In this document: in pieces, positions 1-9,583 of the stretch
Layout of the letters: every line of letters starts with the position of its first letter
How positions within the stretch are numbered: the stretch's first letter is position 1
Source of the DNA: an uncultured Mycoplasmatota bacterium
GTDB lineage: Bacteria > Bacillota_I > Bacilli_A > RF39 > UBA660
Assembly: GCA_900544605.1 (NCBI GenBank)
Contig: UQVP01000002.1
Coordinates: forward strand, 13,709 to 77,708
Direction of reading: 5' to 3'
DNA: 64,000 nt
Made by a program: the position numbers and the translations under genes
Notes under the pieces: model-generated
What the model saw: only the letters and a program-made list of their open reading frames with translations
Told to the model about the DNA's origin: nothing
Database searches by the model: none

Positions 1-106
1 AGTATTATTAGTTGCAACAGGTGCTTTGATGTCACCGACGACAGTTAATCAAAAACTAACTATTCCAAGTATTGCGCATGCTATTAGTTTGGAGGTTATA
101 AAATGA
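1..106 (+). CDS. spoVAD: Stage V sporulation protein AD, C-terminal end (5' part lies outside the window)
   Basis: Frame 2 reads [34 protein letters not shown]. The TGA stop at 104-106 overlaps the next start (ATGA). It lies directly upstream of a SpoVAE-like gene, as in spoVA operons. Confidence 0.55.
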   Translation, partial: VLLVATGALMSPTTVNQKLTIPSIAHAISLEVIK

Positions 107-453
107 TTTATTTAAATGCTTTTATCTTTTGTGGTATTGTGTGTGTCTTAGGGCAATTAATTCTTGATAATACTAAACTTACGCCAGGACATGTTACTAC
201 AATATTTGTTGTAGTGGGAGCATTTCTTGACACATTTAATATTTATGACAAAATAATTTTATGGGCAGGTGGCGGAGCACTAGTACCAATAACTAGCTTT
301 GGACATTTACTTATCCATGGAGCAATGGCTAGTGCCAGTGAATACGGTTTTATAGGACTTTTCGCAGGAATATTTGATCTTACCGCATCAGGTATTTCTT
401 CTGCAATTATTTTCTCATTTGTGTTAAGTTTATTTTTTAAACCAAGAGATTAG
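103..453 (+). CDS. spoVAE: Stage V sporulation protein AE-like small membrane protein
   Basis: 116 aa with hydrophobic, Gly-rich segments ([30 protein letters not shown]) typical of SpoVAE/SpoVAEB. Translationally coupled to the preceding gene. Confidence 0.75.
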   Translation: MIYLNAFIFCGIVCVLGQLILDNTKLTPGHVTTIFVVVGAFLDTFNIYDKIILWAGGGALVPITSFGHLLIHGAMASASEYGFIGLFAGIFDLTASGISSAIIFSFVLSLFFKPRD

Positions 454-472
454 TAACTTAGGTTACTTTTTT
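453..472 (+). terminator. Rho-independent terminator after spoVAE
   Basis: GTAAC-TTAG-GTTAC hairpin followed by TTTTTT. Confidence 0.55.
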
Positions 473-553
473 CTTTTGAAAAATTGTTATATAATATAAT
501 TGTTTTCACAAAGAATACACAATTTTGTGTTATAAAGATAGTGAGGTGTAGAT

Positions 554-1213
554 ATGGCAACAATACTTATCGTTGATGATGAAGAAAGAATTAGAGAAGT
601 AGTTAAAGAATATTGTTTGATGGAAAAATATGATGTTATAGAAGCTAGTGATGGTTTAGAAGCTTTGGAAATGGTTAAAAATAATGATATTGATTTAATT
701 GTTTTAGATGTTATGATGCCAAAATTAGATGGGCTTTCAGCTTTTTCTAAAATTAAAGAAATAAAAAAAATTCCTACAATTATTTTGTCAGCACGAAGTG
801 AAGAGTATGATAAACTAGTAGGATTTGAATTAGGTGTTGATGATTATGTAACTAAACCATTTAGTCCTAAAGAATTGATGGCTAGAATTAAAGTTATCTT
901 AAAACGTAAAAATGGTGATGACAAATTCATTTATAAAGATTTAAAAATTGATTTTTTAGGTCATGCTGTTTATATTAAAGATAAAGAATTAAAGTTAACA
1001 CCAAAAGAATATGATTTATTAGTGTATTTTGTTAAAAATCAAAATGTGGCTTTGTCACGTGAACAGTTATTAAATAAAATTTGGGATTATGATTTTTATG
1101 GAGAAGATAGAACCGTTGATACACATATTAAGATGCTAAGAAATAATTTAGGTAAATATCGTGATTTAATTGTTACTGTAAGAGGAATGGGATATAAATT
1201 TGTTACGAAATAG
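554..1213 (+). CDS. OmpR/PhoB-family response regulator
   Basis: Receiver domain (ILIVDDEE, LDVMMPKLDG, KP) plus a winged-helix output domain (LTPKEYDLLVYF, VRGMGYKF). Confidence 0.9.
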   Translation: MATILIVDDEERIREVVKEYCLMEKYDVIEASDGLEALEMVKNNDIDLIVLDVMMPKLDGLSAFSKIKEIKKIPTIILSARSEEYDKLVGFELGVDDYVTKPFSPKELMARIKVILKRKNGDDKFIYKDLKIDFLGHAVYIKDKELKLTPKEYDLLVYFVKNQNVALSREQLLNKIWDYDFYGEDRTVDTHIKMLRNNLGKYRDLIVTVRGMGYKFVTK

Positions 1214-2585
1214 AACTTATAATTTAAAAAATAAAGTATGGTTTTACTTAATAATATTTTCTTTCTTAATATTTATCTTTTTTTGGACGTTTCAAACCTT
1301 ATTTTCAAATACATATTATGAAGTTAATAAAAAAAGAGAATTAAATACTATTGCTAGAAAGCTTAATAATACGGATAGTATTCTACTTACAACAGAAATA
1401 GATAATTTAGCGTATGACTATGGTGTTTGTATAGAACTTTTTTCTAATAATACGCTTATATATTCCTCTAACTCTTTAGAAAAAGGTTGTATTGAACAAA
1501 AAGATTTAACTTTTTATCAATACAAAAATAAATTTATTTCAGGAGATGAAGAGGAAGGTAGTGCATCATTTTATAATTCAAGATTTAATAATAAAACAAT
1601 AGTCAAAGCTATTAAATATAATAACTATACTATTTTTATTAATGCTTCACTAGAACCGGTAGGAACTACATCACTTATTCTATCTAGACAATTAGCTATA
1701 GTATCTATTGTTGTTTTAGTTCTTTCTTTTTTACTTAGTTATTTCATATCAGAAAATATATCTAAACCTATTGTTAAATTAAATAAAAAAGCAACAGAGA
1801 TTTCAAAAGGGAATTTTGATATAGAAAATGAAAACATTTCTAGAATTGAAGAAATAGAAAAACTTAATAGCACCTTAAATACAGCAGCAAAAGAGTTATC
1901 ACAAACAGAAACCTTAAGAAGAGAATTGCTTGCTAATGTTAGTCATGATTTAAAAACACCACTTACAATGATTAAGGCTTATGCTGAAATGGCACGTGAT
2001 ATTAATTATAACAATAAGAAAAAAAGAGAAGAAAATCTTAATATTATTGTAGACGAGGTCGATAGATTGAATTTACTTGTTAATGATATTTTAGAACTTT
2101 CTAAAGTACAAGCAAACACAGAAAAATATGTAAAAGAAAAAATTGATATTGATGATTTTGTTAGTAATATTGTTAGAAAGTACGATTATTTAAAAGAAGA
2201 TGGCTATGAAATAGTTTACAATGGTATCAAGAATGTAACTGTTAATGAAGATAAAAAAAGACTTAATCAAATTCTAGATAATTTAATTAATAATGCTTTA
2301 AAGTATACTGGAAAAGATAAAAAAGTTATAGTAAATATTGTTGACTTAAAGAAAAAAATCAGAATTGAAGTTGTTGATTCTGGTAAAGGTATTAAAGAAG
2401 AAGAATTAAAATACATTTGGGATAAATATTATAAAATTGATAAAAGTTATCAACGAAATACTAAAAGCACTGGCTTAGGGTTATCCATTGTTAAAAATAT
2501 ATGTGTTCAAAATGATATTGAATATGGTGTAAATTCAAAAGAGAAACTTGGTAGTACTTTTTGGATAGAATTAGAGAAAATGTAA
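1200..2585 (+). CDS. Sensor histidine kinase
   Basis: Two TM segments, H-box SHDLKTPLT, N box NNALKYT, and G boxes DSGKGI / GLGLSIV. The TTG start overlaps the regulator stop, so the exact start is uncertain. Confidence 0.85.
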   Translation: MLRNRTYNLKNKVWFYLIIFSFLIFIFFWTFQTLFSNTYYEVNKKRELNTIARKLNNTDSILLTTEIDNLAYDYGVCIELFSNNTLIYSSNSLEKGCIEQKDLTFYQYKNKFISGDEEEGSASFYNSRFNNKTIVKAIKYNNYTIFINASLEPVGTTSLILSRQLAIVSIVVLVLSFLLSYFISENISKPIVKLNKKATEISKGNFDIENENISRIEEIEKLNSTLNTAAKELSQTETLRRELLANVSHDLKTPLTMIKAYAEMARDINYNNKKKREENLNIIVDEVDRLNLLVNDILELSKVQANTEKYVKEKIDIDDFVSNIVRKYDYLKEDGYEIVYNGIKNVTVNEDKKRLNQILDNLINNALKYTGKDKKVIVNIVDLKKKIRIEVVDSGKGIKEEELKYIWDKYYKIDKSYQRNTKSTGLGLSIVKNICVQNDIEYGVNSKEKLGSTFWIELEKM

Positions 2586-2655
2586 AAATTTCTCTTTTTA
2601 TTTGCTCTTTATTTGTTTTTGTGCTAGAATAATAGCCATTCAAGGGGTGTTTAAA

Positions 2656-3723
2656 ATGAATAGATGGAGTTTTAATAGAGAATTCCTGAAAGAAAAAATA
2701 AAAGAAGGTAATTTAGCACTTCAAGCAACAGATAAAAATTCTGAAGTATATAGGAGTGCTCAAGCAATGGTTATAGAATTTGAAGATTTCTTGGGTAGAG
2801 AGGAACTTCCTATTACTAGTAAGAAAAAGAATCTAGAAGAGATGCTTAATTATCTTAATCATTCTTTAAATATTAATTTAAATATTATAAGAATGGGTGA
2901 TTGGGAAAAAATAAAAGAACTTTGTAAATATGCACCAAAGTTAAAGTTTAAAAAATATAACAGTAGCTTTCTTTCTAAAGATAATGATTATGTAATAAAA
3001 GAAATATTAAATTTTTATAAAAAGACTGATCGAAAAACATATGAAGCTGTACTTAATATTATTAAACATGAATATAGCTTAATTAATATTAAGTCAGAAA
3101 GTGATAGACCTAAAAACGATTTGAATTTTTGTTGTAGTTACTTGAGTTTACCTTTCGTTAATGTTTCTACAAAAAATGATCTAAGATATGTAATACTAGC
3201 TCATGAATTACGTCATGCTGCTGATTATTATCTATATCATAACCAAAAAAATGCTATTCTAAATGAACTATCTGCTATATATTCTGAAATTTTATTTACC
3301 GATTATATTAGTAAGTATAATTCTCCAAATAAACCATTTTATTTATACAATGAAAGAGTTAATAATATAGGTATAAAGATGAAATTTTTATTTTATTATA
3401 TAGAAATATTTGAGAAATTTGATAAATGTGGGCGTAAATTAACTGCTCGCAACTATAAAGATGTTCTTGGTGTTAATACTGAAAAAGAATTTGAAAAAAG
3501 AGCTAATATTTTATTGAAAGAAAAATATATGTCATTTTATGATTATGTGATGTCGATGTTATATGCTTTGCAACTTCGCGAAGAATATTATAATGGAAAT
3601 AAGAAAGTAAATGATAAGATAGAACAAATTTTATTAGGTGATGAAATAGATTTTGATGTTAATATATTAGAAGATAAATTTATCAAGCATACTAAATATG
3701 TTTATTCTTTATCACATAAATAA
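2656..3723 (+). CDS. Hypothetical protein with HExxH motif (possible gluzincin-type metallopeptidase)
   Basis: The track ORF is 2602..3723. ATG 2656 is preceded by a GGGGTG ribosome-binding site. It carries LAHELRHAAD plus a downstream NELSAIYSE glutamate. No closer family was recognised. Confidence 0.5.
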   Translation: MNRWSFNREFLKEKIKEGNLALQATDKNSEVYRSAQAMVIEFEDFLGREELPITSKKKNLEEMLNYLNHSLNINLNIIRMGDWEKIKELCKYAPKLKFKKYNSSFLSKDNDYVIKEILNFYKKTDRKTYEAVLNIIKHEYSLINIKSESDRPKNDLNFCCSYLSLPFVNVSTKNDLRYVILAHELRHAADYYLYHNQKNAILNELSAIYSEILFTDYISKYNSPNKPFYLYNERVNNIGIKMKFLFYYIEIFEKFDKCGRKLTARNYKDVLGVNTEKEFEKRANILLKEKYMSFYDYVMSMLYALQLREEYYNGNKKVNDKIEQILLGDEIDFDVNILEDKFIKHTKYVYSLSHK

Positions 3724-3751
3724 TGTCAATATTTGTAATTGTTAAATTATA

Positions 3752-3776
3752 CCACTGTACTAAACAGTGGTTTTTT
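3752..3776 (+). terminator. Rho-independent terminator
   Basis: CCACTGT-ACTAA-ACAGTGG hairpin followed by TTTTTT. Confidence 0.7.
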
Positions 3777-3807
3777 GATATAATTATTATAGTAGAGAGG
3801 TGGTAAT

Positions 3808-5535
3808 ATGAAGAAAATATTAAATATAATAAATTGTTTAATTATTTTAACAATTACTTTTTTAGTGCCATTTACTAATATTTCGGCTTATGAGCCTTGG
3901 GTTGGATATGTAACTATTCCTACTTCAAAGACAGTACATTCAACTCCAGCTATGGGTGATTTTAATGCAATAGAAGAAATTCCTCCATATATGAGTTTTA
4001 GAGTTATAGGTTCAGAAAAAACAGATGGAGTTTTATTTTATAAAATTGTTTATGGTGATAATAAAGTAGGTTGGATATCTTATTATACAGTTGAAGAAAG
4101 TAGTAAACCTACAAGGAATTATGGAAGGCCTTGGACTACCCCTGGTAAAGCTATTACAGGTGGTGCTGAATATATTTCTGCTGGATATATAAAAATTGGA
4201 CAATATACCTCTTATTTAAAAAAATTTCAAGTAAATCCTAATGCTAGTGTTGGTCTTTATCAACATCAATGGATGACTAATATTAGAGGACCTTATTTTG
4301 AAGCTGCAAAAGCATACACTGGTTATAGTCAGTATTTAGAGAGTAGAGAATTTATATTTTCTATTCCTGTTTATAATAATATGCCAAATGCTACCACTCT
4401 TTCTGGTATGACTAATGTTGGAACTGCTTTAACAAAAGAAGAATTAAATGATGCTAATTTTGAAACGGAAATGGATAGACAAGGTTTTCCTGAAGATTAT
4501 AAAAAATATTTACGTGCTCTTCATAAAACATACCCTAAATGGATATTTAGAGCTTTAAAAACTAATTTAAATTTTGATACGGTAGTTACAAAACAAACGG
4601 GTAAGAATAGTTGTATAGAAACATCATCAGGCCACGGAACAAATGAAGGATGTGGAAATGAAAGTGCGAGATGGGCATTAGCAGATAATGCTTCTATAAG
4701 ATATTTTATAGATCCAAGAAATTTCTTAGATAAACAATCAATTTTTATGTTTGAAGATTTATCATATTCGGATAGTATTACAGAAACAATGGTACAAAGA
4801 ACTTTAAGCGGAACTTTTATGTCAGGCTCATCTGCTAAAGATGGAAAGACTTATGCTAAATTATTTTTAGAAGCAGGACAAAAAAGTGGAGTAAACCCAA
4901 TTTATTTAGCAAGCTTATCACTTCAAGAATTAAGTAGTGATGCAATTCAATTTAAAGGTTCGACTATTGATTATTATGGTATTAGATATTCTTCATTATA
5001 TAATTTTTATAATATTGGAGCATCAGGTATGTTTACAGCTCGTGGTGGTATTGTTTGGGCTAGTGGTGGAGACCCTAGCACATATTCATTTCTTAAAGAT
5101 TTAGATGGTAGTTATAATGGTGGAAGTGAAATAACAACACCAACTAATCTAGATAAATATATAACTAATGTAGGGTATAAAATAAGTGGTAGTTACATAT
5201 ATGGTATTAGTAGTAATACAAGTATAGATGCTTTCAAAAATAAAATAAGTGGTGTTGATGTTTCCATAAGTGGCAATAATGGTAATTTAGTAGGAACTGG
5301 TACAGTTGTTACTTTAAGTAAAGATGGAACAACTTATAGTAAAATAATTGTTGTTTCTGGAGATGTAGATGGCGATGGTAAAATAGCTGCTACTGATTAT
5401 GTCGCCATAAAAAATAGTATTATGGAAATAAAAACATTATCAAATGTTCAAAAATTAGGGGCAGATATGAATAGTAATAATCGTGTTGATGCAGGGGATT
5501 ACGTAGCTATTAAAAATTATATTATGAATAATTAG
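3808..5535 (+). CDS. Secreted cell-wall hydrolase-like protein (SH3b-like, glucosaminidase-like core, C-terminal dockerin-type repeats)
   Basis: Signal peptide; SH3b-like KVGWISYYTV; GVNPIYLASLSLQE resembles the GH73-type core. Two EF-hand-like dockerin repeats: DVDGDGKIAATDYVAIKNSIM and DMNSNNRVDAGDYVAIKNYIM. Confidence 0.6.
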   Translation: MKKILNIINCLIILTITFLVPFTNISAYEPWVGYVTIPTSKTVHSTPAMGDFNAIEEIPPYMSFRVIGSEKTDGVLFYKIVYGDNKVGWISYYTVEESSKPTRNYGRPWTTPGKAITGGAEYISAGYIKIGQYTSYLKKFQVNPNASVGLYQHQWMTNIRGPYFEAAKAYTGYSQYLESREFIFSIPVYNNMPNATTLSGMTNVGTALTKEELNDANFETEMDRQGFPEDYKKYLRALHKTYPKWIFRALKTNLNFDTVVTKQTGKNSCIETSSGHGTNEGCGNESARWALADNASIRYFIDPRNFLDKQSIFMFEDLSYSDSITETMVQRTLSGTFMSGSSAKDGKTYAKLFLEAGQKSGVNPIYLASLSLQELSSDAIQFKGSTIDYYGIRYSSLYNFYNIGASGMFTARGGIVWASGGDPSTYSFLKDLDGSYNGGSEITTPTNLDKYITNVGYKISGSYIYGISSNTSIDAFKNKISGVDVSISGNNGNLVGTGTVVTLSKDGTTYSKIIVVSGDVDGDGKIAATDYVAIKNSIMEIKTLSNVQKLGADMNSNNRVDAGDYVAIKNYIMNN

Positions 5536-5543
5536 GAGGAAGT

Positions 5544-7034
5544 ATGAAAAAAGGAAAATTATTAATTATATTATCATTTATTGCTTGTTTATTTATCGTT
5601 CCAAATACAATAAAAGCAGCATCTTTTTCTGCAAGTGCAAGCAGTTATAATGTAGCAGTTGGCTCAAGTGTAAAAGTATATATTTCAAGCTCTGATTTGA
5701 CAGGAAGGTTTGATGTGTCGTCATCAAGCTCCAGTGTTTTATCAGGAGGGGGTAAAGTTTGGGTAGAAAAAAATAGTCAATCAGTAACATTTACGGCTAA
5801 GTCTGCAGGCCGCGTTAAAGTTAACATTACGCCAACGAATGTTTCTGATAATAGTGGTAAACAATATTCTACTAGTAGATCATTAATTATAAATGTATAT
5901 GTTCCTCGTGCTTTAGAAACAAACAATTACTTATCAAGTTTAAGTGTTGATGGGGTTGAATTAATTCCAAGCTTTAACAAAGAAACAACAGCCTATATTG
6001 TTGACTTAGAACCTGGAACTACTAGTATTAAGGTAAATGCTGAAAAAGAAAATAAATATGCTAGTATTAGTGGGACTGGAGATATTGCCGTAGTAGAAGG
6101 TAGTAATGAAATTAATGTTGTTGTAACAGCAGAAAATGGTAGTAAAAAAACATATACAATTACAGCTAATGTAAAAGAATATGATCCTATTAATGTAACG
6201 ATAGATGGTAGTGATTATACCGTTGTTAGAAAACAGTCTGAACTTGTTAAACCTGATGGTTACGAGGAAACATCTGTTGATATTAACGGTAACCAAGTAC
6301 CAGCTTTTAAAAATGACACTTTAGGATACACACTAGTTGGTCTTAAGGATGTAACTGGCAAAGTAAAATTATTTATTTATGATAATGGCGCATATAAACC
6401 ATATATTTTCTTATCATTTAACAAATTAGATTTAATTATTTTAGATGAAGAAGTAAAAGCACCTAAAGGATTTGTTAAAGATACTATTACAATAGGTGAA
6501 GAAACAGTTACTTGTTATAAAAATAATGAGCTAGGTATTACTATTATTTATGGTAAGAGTATTACAACAGGAGAAGCCAATTTTTATACATTTGAAAATA
6601 CTGATATGACAATTCAAAAATTTAATTATGATATGTATAAGAAAATGCTTAATAAATTTGATTTATATTCGTATATAATTATTGGTGAAGCAGGATTAAT
6701 TTTACTTATTTTATTTATTGTTTTAGTTTCAAGTATTGCTAGAAAGAAAAAATTAACAAAGAAAAAAGAAGAAATAGAAAAAACTATGAAATTAAATCCT
6801 AACGATATAAATAATCAAGTAAAAGAATTAGAAGAAAAAAATCTTTCTAAAAAAGAATTAAAAAAATTAAAGAAAGAACAACAAAAAGAGAAAGAAAAAC
6901 AAGAAGAATTAAATAGAAAAAAAGAAGAAGCTTTAGAAGAACAAAAACGTATAGAAGAAAAAAATAAGAAGAAACTTGAAAAAAAGAATAAAAATAAAAA
7001 ATCAGAAAAAGATGATGATATGTTTTATTTATAG
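5544..7034 (+). CDS. Surface protein with cadherin-like beta-sandwich domain, one C-terminal TM helix and a Lys/Glu-rich cytoplasmic tail
   Basis: Signal peptide. LSSLSVDGVELIPSFNKETTAYIVDL...TAENGSKKTYTITANV matches the cadherin-like repeat pattern. TM helix YIIIGEAGLILLILFIVLVSSIA. The tail is about 100 aa of K/E low complexity. Confidence 0.6.
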   Translation: MKKGKLLIILSFIACLFIVPNTIKAASFSASASSYNVAVGSSVKVYISSSDLTGRFDVSSSSSSVLSGGGKVWVEKNSQSVTFTAKSAGRVKVNITPTNVSDNSGKQYSTSRSLIINVYVPRALETNNYLSSLSVDGVELIPSFNKETTAYIVDLEPGTTSIKVNAEKENKYASISGTGDIAVVEGSNEINVVVTAENGSKKTYTITANVKEYDPINVTIDGSDYTVVRKQSELVKPDGYEETSVDINGNQVPAFKNDTLGYTLVGLKDVTGKVKLFIYDNGAYKPYIFLSFNKLDLIILDEEVKAPKGFVKDTITIGEETVTCYKNNELGITIIYGKSITTGEANFYTFENTDMTIQKFNYDMYKKMLNKFDLYSYIIIGEAGLILLILFIVLVSSIARKKKLTKKKEEIEKTMKLNPNDINNQVKELEEKNLSKKELKKLKKEQQKEKEKQEELNRKKEEALEEQKRIEEKNKKKLEKKNKNKKSEKDDDMFYL

Positions 7035-7056
7035 ACACTTTTGTGTCTATTTTTTG
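7031..7056 (+). terminator. Rho-independent terminator
   Basis: ATAGACAC-TTTT-GTGTCTAT hairpin followed by TTTTT. Confidence 0.75.
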
Positions 7057-7128
7057 TTAAATTATCTTGTTTTGTAGAAATGAGTTTATTTATATGATAT
7101 AATTGAAACATAGAAGGATTAGGAGATT

Positions 7129-8655
7129 ATGAATAAAAATAAACAACTTATTATAAATTTAATTACAACAATTTTTGTGTTATTAATAAACACTTTAATT
7201 AATTTTGGCTTATCAAGTTATATTGTAGAGAAAATAGGAGAAGAAGCTTATGGCTTTATTTCTTTAGCAACTAACTTTGTCAGTTTTGCTACTATTTTTA
7301 CAACTGCATTAAATTCAATGTGTAGTCGTTTTATAACAATAGATATACATAAAAAAAATATGAAAAGTGCTAATGAATATTTTACTTCAGTGCTGTTCGC
7401 TAATGCATTAATAATTTTATTTTTAATAGTACCATCTTTGATTATGATTTTATATTTAGAAAAGTTTATAAAAATATCACCAAACTTAATAGTTGATGTA
7501 AAACTATTATTTACATTTATCTTTTTAAATTTTTTTGTAACACTAATATCTGGGGTGTTTACAATTGCGACTTATTGTAAAAATAAACTTTATTTATCAT
7601 CTTTAAGACAAGCTGAATCATATATTGTAAAGTTATTAGTGATACTTGGTCTATTTATATTTTTTAAACCAGAGGTATTTTATGTAGGTGTAGCCACTTT
7701 TATATCGGGAATATATTTATCATTATTTAACATGTATTACACAAAAAAATTATTACCAGAAATAAAAATTAAAAAAGAAAATTTTTCTTGGAAAAAAATA
7801 AAAATATTACTTTCAAGTGGGTTATGGAATTCTATTACTAATCTTGGAAATGTTTTAACTGATGGTCTTGATTTATTAATTAGTAATTTAGCAATAGATT
7901 CACAGGTAATGGGAATTGTTGCTTTAGCTAAACTTCCAGGAAATGTTTTAAACTCAATGATTTCCAGCATAATGACGGTTTTTCAACCTCCAACACTAGA
8001 ATACTATGCTAAAGACGATATAGAAATGGTAGTTAGTGAAACTAAAAGAAACATGAAAATTAGTGGTATTTTTGGAAATATACCTTTTGCTTATATTCTT
8101 ATATTTGGTTCTTGTTTCTGTATGACTTGGATGCCATCTACAGATACAAAGATTTTAACAATTTTATGTATTATAACATTCATAAATGTTTATGTAGGAG
8201 GACTTATTAGTCCACTTTATAACATATTTACAATTACTAATAAAGTTAGGTTGAACGCTATTTTAAATATTGGAAGTGGTTTATTATCAACATTAATAGT
8301 TTTAATATTATTAAAAACTACAAATCTAGGGGTTTATGCAGTTGTTGGAGTAAGTACGATTATAGGATTGTTAAAGGGCTTTATAATTGTTCCAATATAT
8401 GCTGCTAAATGTTTAAAAAGAGATTGGAAAGAATTTATGCCATCAATTTTAATGTATATATTAACAACATTAGCAATCATTGTCCCAATTTATATATTAA
8501 GATTATTCTATAGTCCAATAGGATGGATGAAAATATTTATGAGTATCATAATTAGTGGATTTATAGGACTGATTATTAATGGTTTGATTTTATTTACTAA
8601 AGAAGATAGGAATGTTTTAAAAAATACGATATTAAAGAAAGTTGGTAAAAAATGA
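7129..8655 (+). CDS. wzx: Polysaccharide flippase (Wzx / MOP superfamily)
   Basis: 508 aa with about 12-14 TM helices. It is the first gene of a glycosyltransferase operon. The N-terminus is typical of polysaccharide biosynthesis (MOP) exporters. Confidence 0.7.
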   Translation: MNKNKQLIINLITTIFVLLINTLINFGLSSYIVEKIGEEAYGFISLATNFVSFATIFTTALNSMCSRFITIDIHKKNMKSANEYFTSVLFANALIILFLIVPSLIMILYLEKFIKISPNLIVDVKLLFTFIFLNFFVTLISGVFTIATYCKNKLYLSSLRQAESYIVKLLVILGLFIFFKPEVFYVGVATFISGIYLSLFNMYYTKKLLPEIKIKKENFSWKKIKILLSSGLWNSITNLGNVLTDGLDLLISNLAIDSQVMGIVALAKLPGNVLNSMISSIMTVFQPPTLEYYAKDDIEMVVSETKRNMKISGIFGNIPFAYILIFGSCFCMTWMPSTDTKILTILCIITFINVYVGGLISPLYNIFTITNKVRLNAILNIGSGLLSTLIVLILLKTTNLGVYAVVGVSTIIGLLKGFIIVPIYAAKCLKRDWKEFMPSILMYILTTLAIIVPIYILRLFYSPIGWMKIFMSIIISGFIGLIINGLILFTKEDRNVLKNTILKKVGKK

Positions 8656-9575
8656 AAAAAAATGGTGAAATAACATTAGTAACCTCGTTTTTTGATATAG
8701 GAAGAAAAAAATATGGGGATTATGCTAGATCAAATAAAAAATATTTAGATGATTTTAAATTTTGGGCTAGAATGAAAAATAATTTAGTTGTTTATACTGA
8801 TAAAGAGATGGCTAAAGAAGTTAAAAAAATTAGAAAAGAGTTTGATTTAGAAGAAAAAACTAAAGTAATTATTATAGAAGATATTACAAAGTTAGAGCCA
8901 AAAATTTTCAACCGTATGCAAGAAGTAGAAAAGAGCGATTATTTTTTAAGCTTTCGTTATAATGAAAATCTACCAGAAAATAAAGCTTTATATAATTATA
9001 TAATGTTAATGAAATCATGGTGCCTTGCTGATGCCATTAAACAAGGCGTTGATACTGATTTTGTGGCTTGGCTTGATTTTGGCTATAATCATGGTGGGGA
9101 CGTATTTATTAATCCTGAAGAATTTTCTTTTACTTGGAAATATAATTTTCCCAAAGATAAAATTATTTATTTTAATAAAGAAAAAATAACTGATAAACCA
9201 ATATTTTATTTAGTTCAATCGATGGATGTTAACATTATGGGTGCTCCTTTTATCGTTCCTTCTAAATTGGCAGAAAAACATTATAGTTTAATAAAAAATG
9301 CGATGATTGAATTATTAGATTTAGGATTAATGGATGATGATCAACTACTTATGCTTATGGCTAGTAGAAAAGAACCAAGTTTGTTTGATATAAAACAAAG
9401 CGATTGGTTTTTACCAATTAAAGATTATGGAAATAAAAATTTAACAACGAAAGAATTACAAGTAGCACAAAAATCAAAAAAAGATGAATTTTTAGATAAA
9501 TTAAGAGTAAAAAAAAGAAATTATTTGTATTTAAAAAGATTTATGAAAAAATTTAAAAAGAACAATTTAGAGTAG
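8652..9575 (+). CDS. HtrL/WlaTC-like putative glycosyltransferase
   Basis: ITLVTSFFDIGRKKYGDYARS...YLDDFKFWARMKNNLVVYTD matches the HtrL_YibB-type N-terminal pattern. Start overlaps the upstream stop. Confidence 0.55.
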   Translation: MKKNGEITLVTSFFDIGRKKYGDYARSNKKYLDDFKFWARMKNNLVVYTDKEMAKEVKKIRKEFDLEEKTKVIIIEDITKLEPKIFNRMQEVEKSDYFLSFRYNENLPENKALYNYIMLMKSWCLADAIKQGVDTDFVAWLDFGYNHGGDVFINPEEFSFTWKYNFPKDKIIYFNKEKITDKPIFYLVQSMDVNIMGAPFIVPSKLAEKHYSLIKNAMIELLDLGLMDDDQLLMLMASRKEPSLFDIKQSDWFLPIKDYGNKNLTTKELQVAQKSKKDEFLDKLRVKKRNYLYLKRFMKKFKKNNLE

Positions 9576-9583
9576 GTGATAAC

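Noticed and set aside
6700-7020. Repetitive AAG/GAA-rich DNA as a tandem repeat or satellite.
   Set aside because: It is in frame within the 5544..7034 CDS and encodes the Lys/Glu-rich tail. It is coding low complexity, not a discrete DNA repeat element.
5593-7038. Minus-strand ORFs 5593..5790, 6006..6296 and 6847..7038 inside the cadherin-like gene.
   Set aside because: These are shadow ORFs antisense to a well-supported CDS. Their products are low-complexity and rich in Leu, Phe, Ile and Tyr, as is typical of AT-rich antisense frames. They have no ribosome-binding site.
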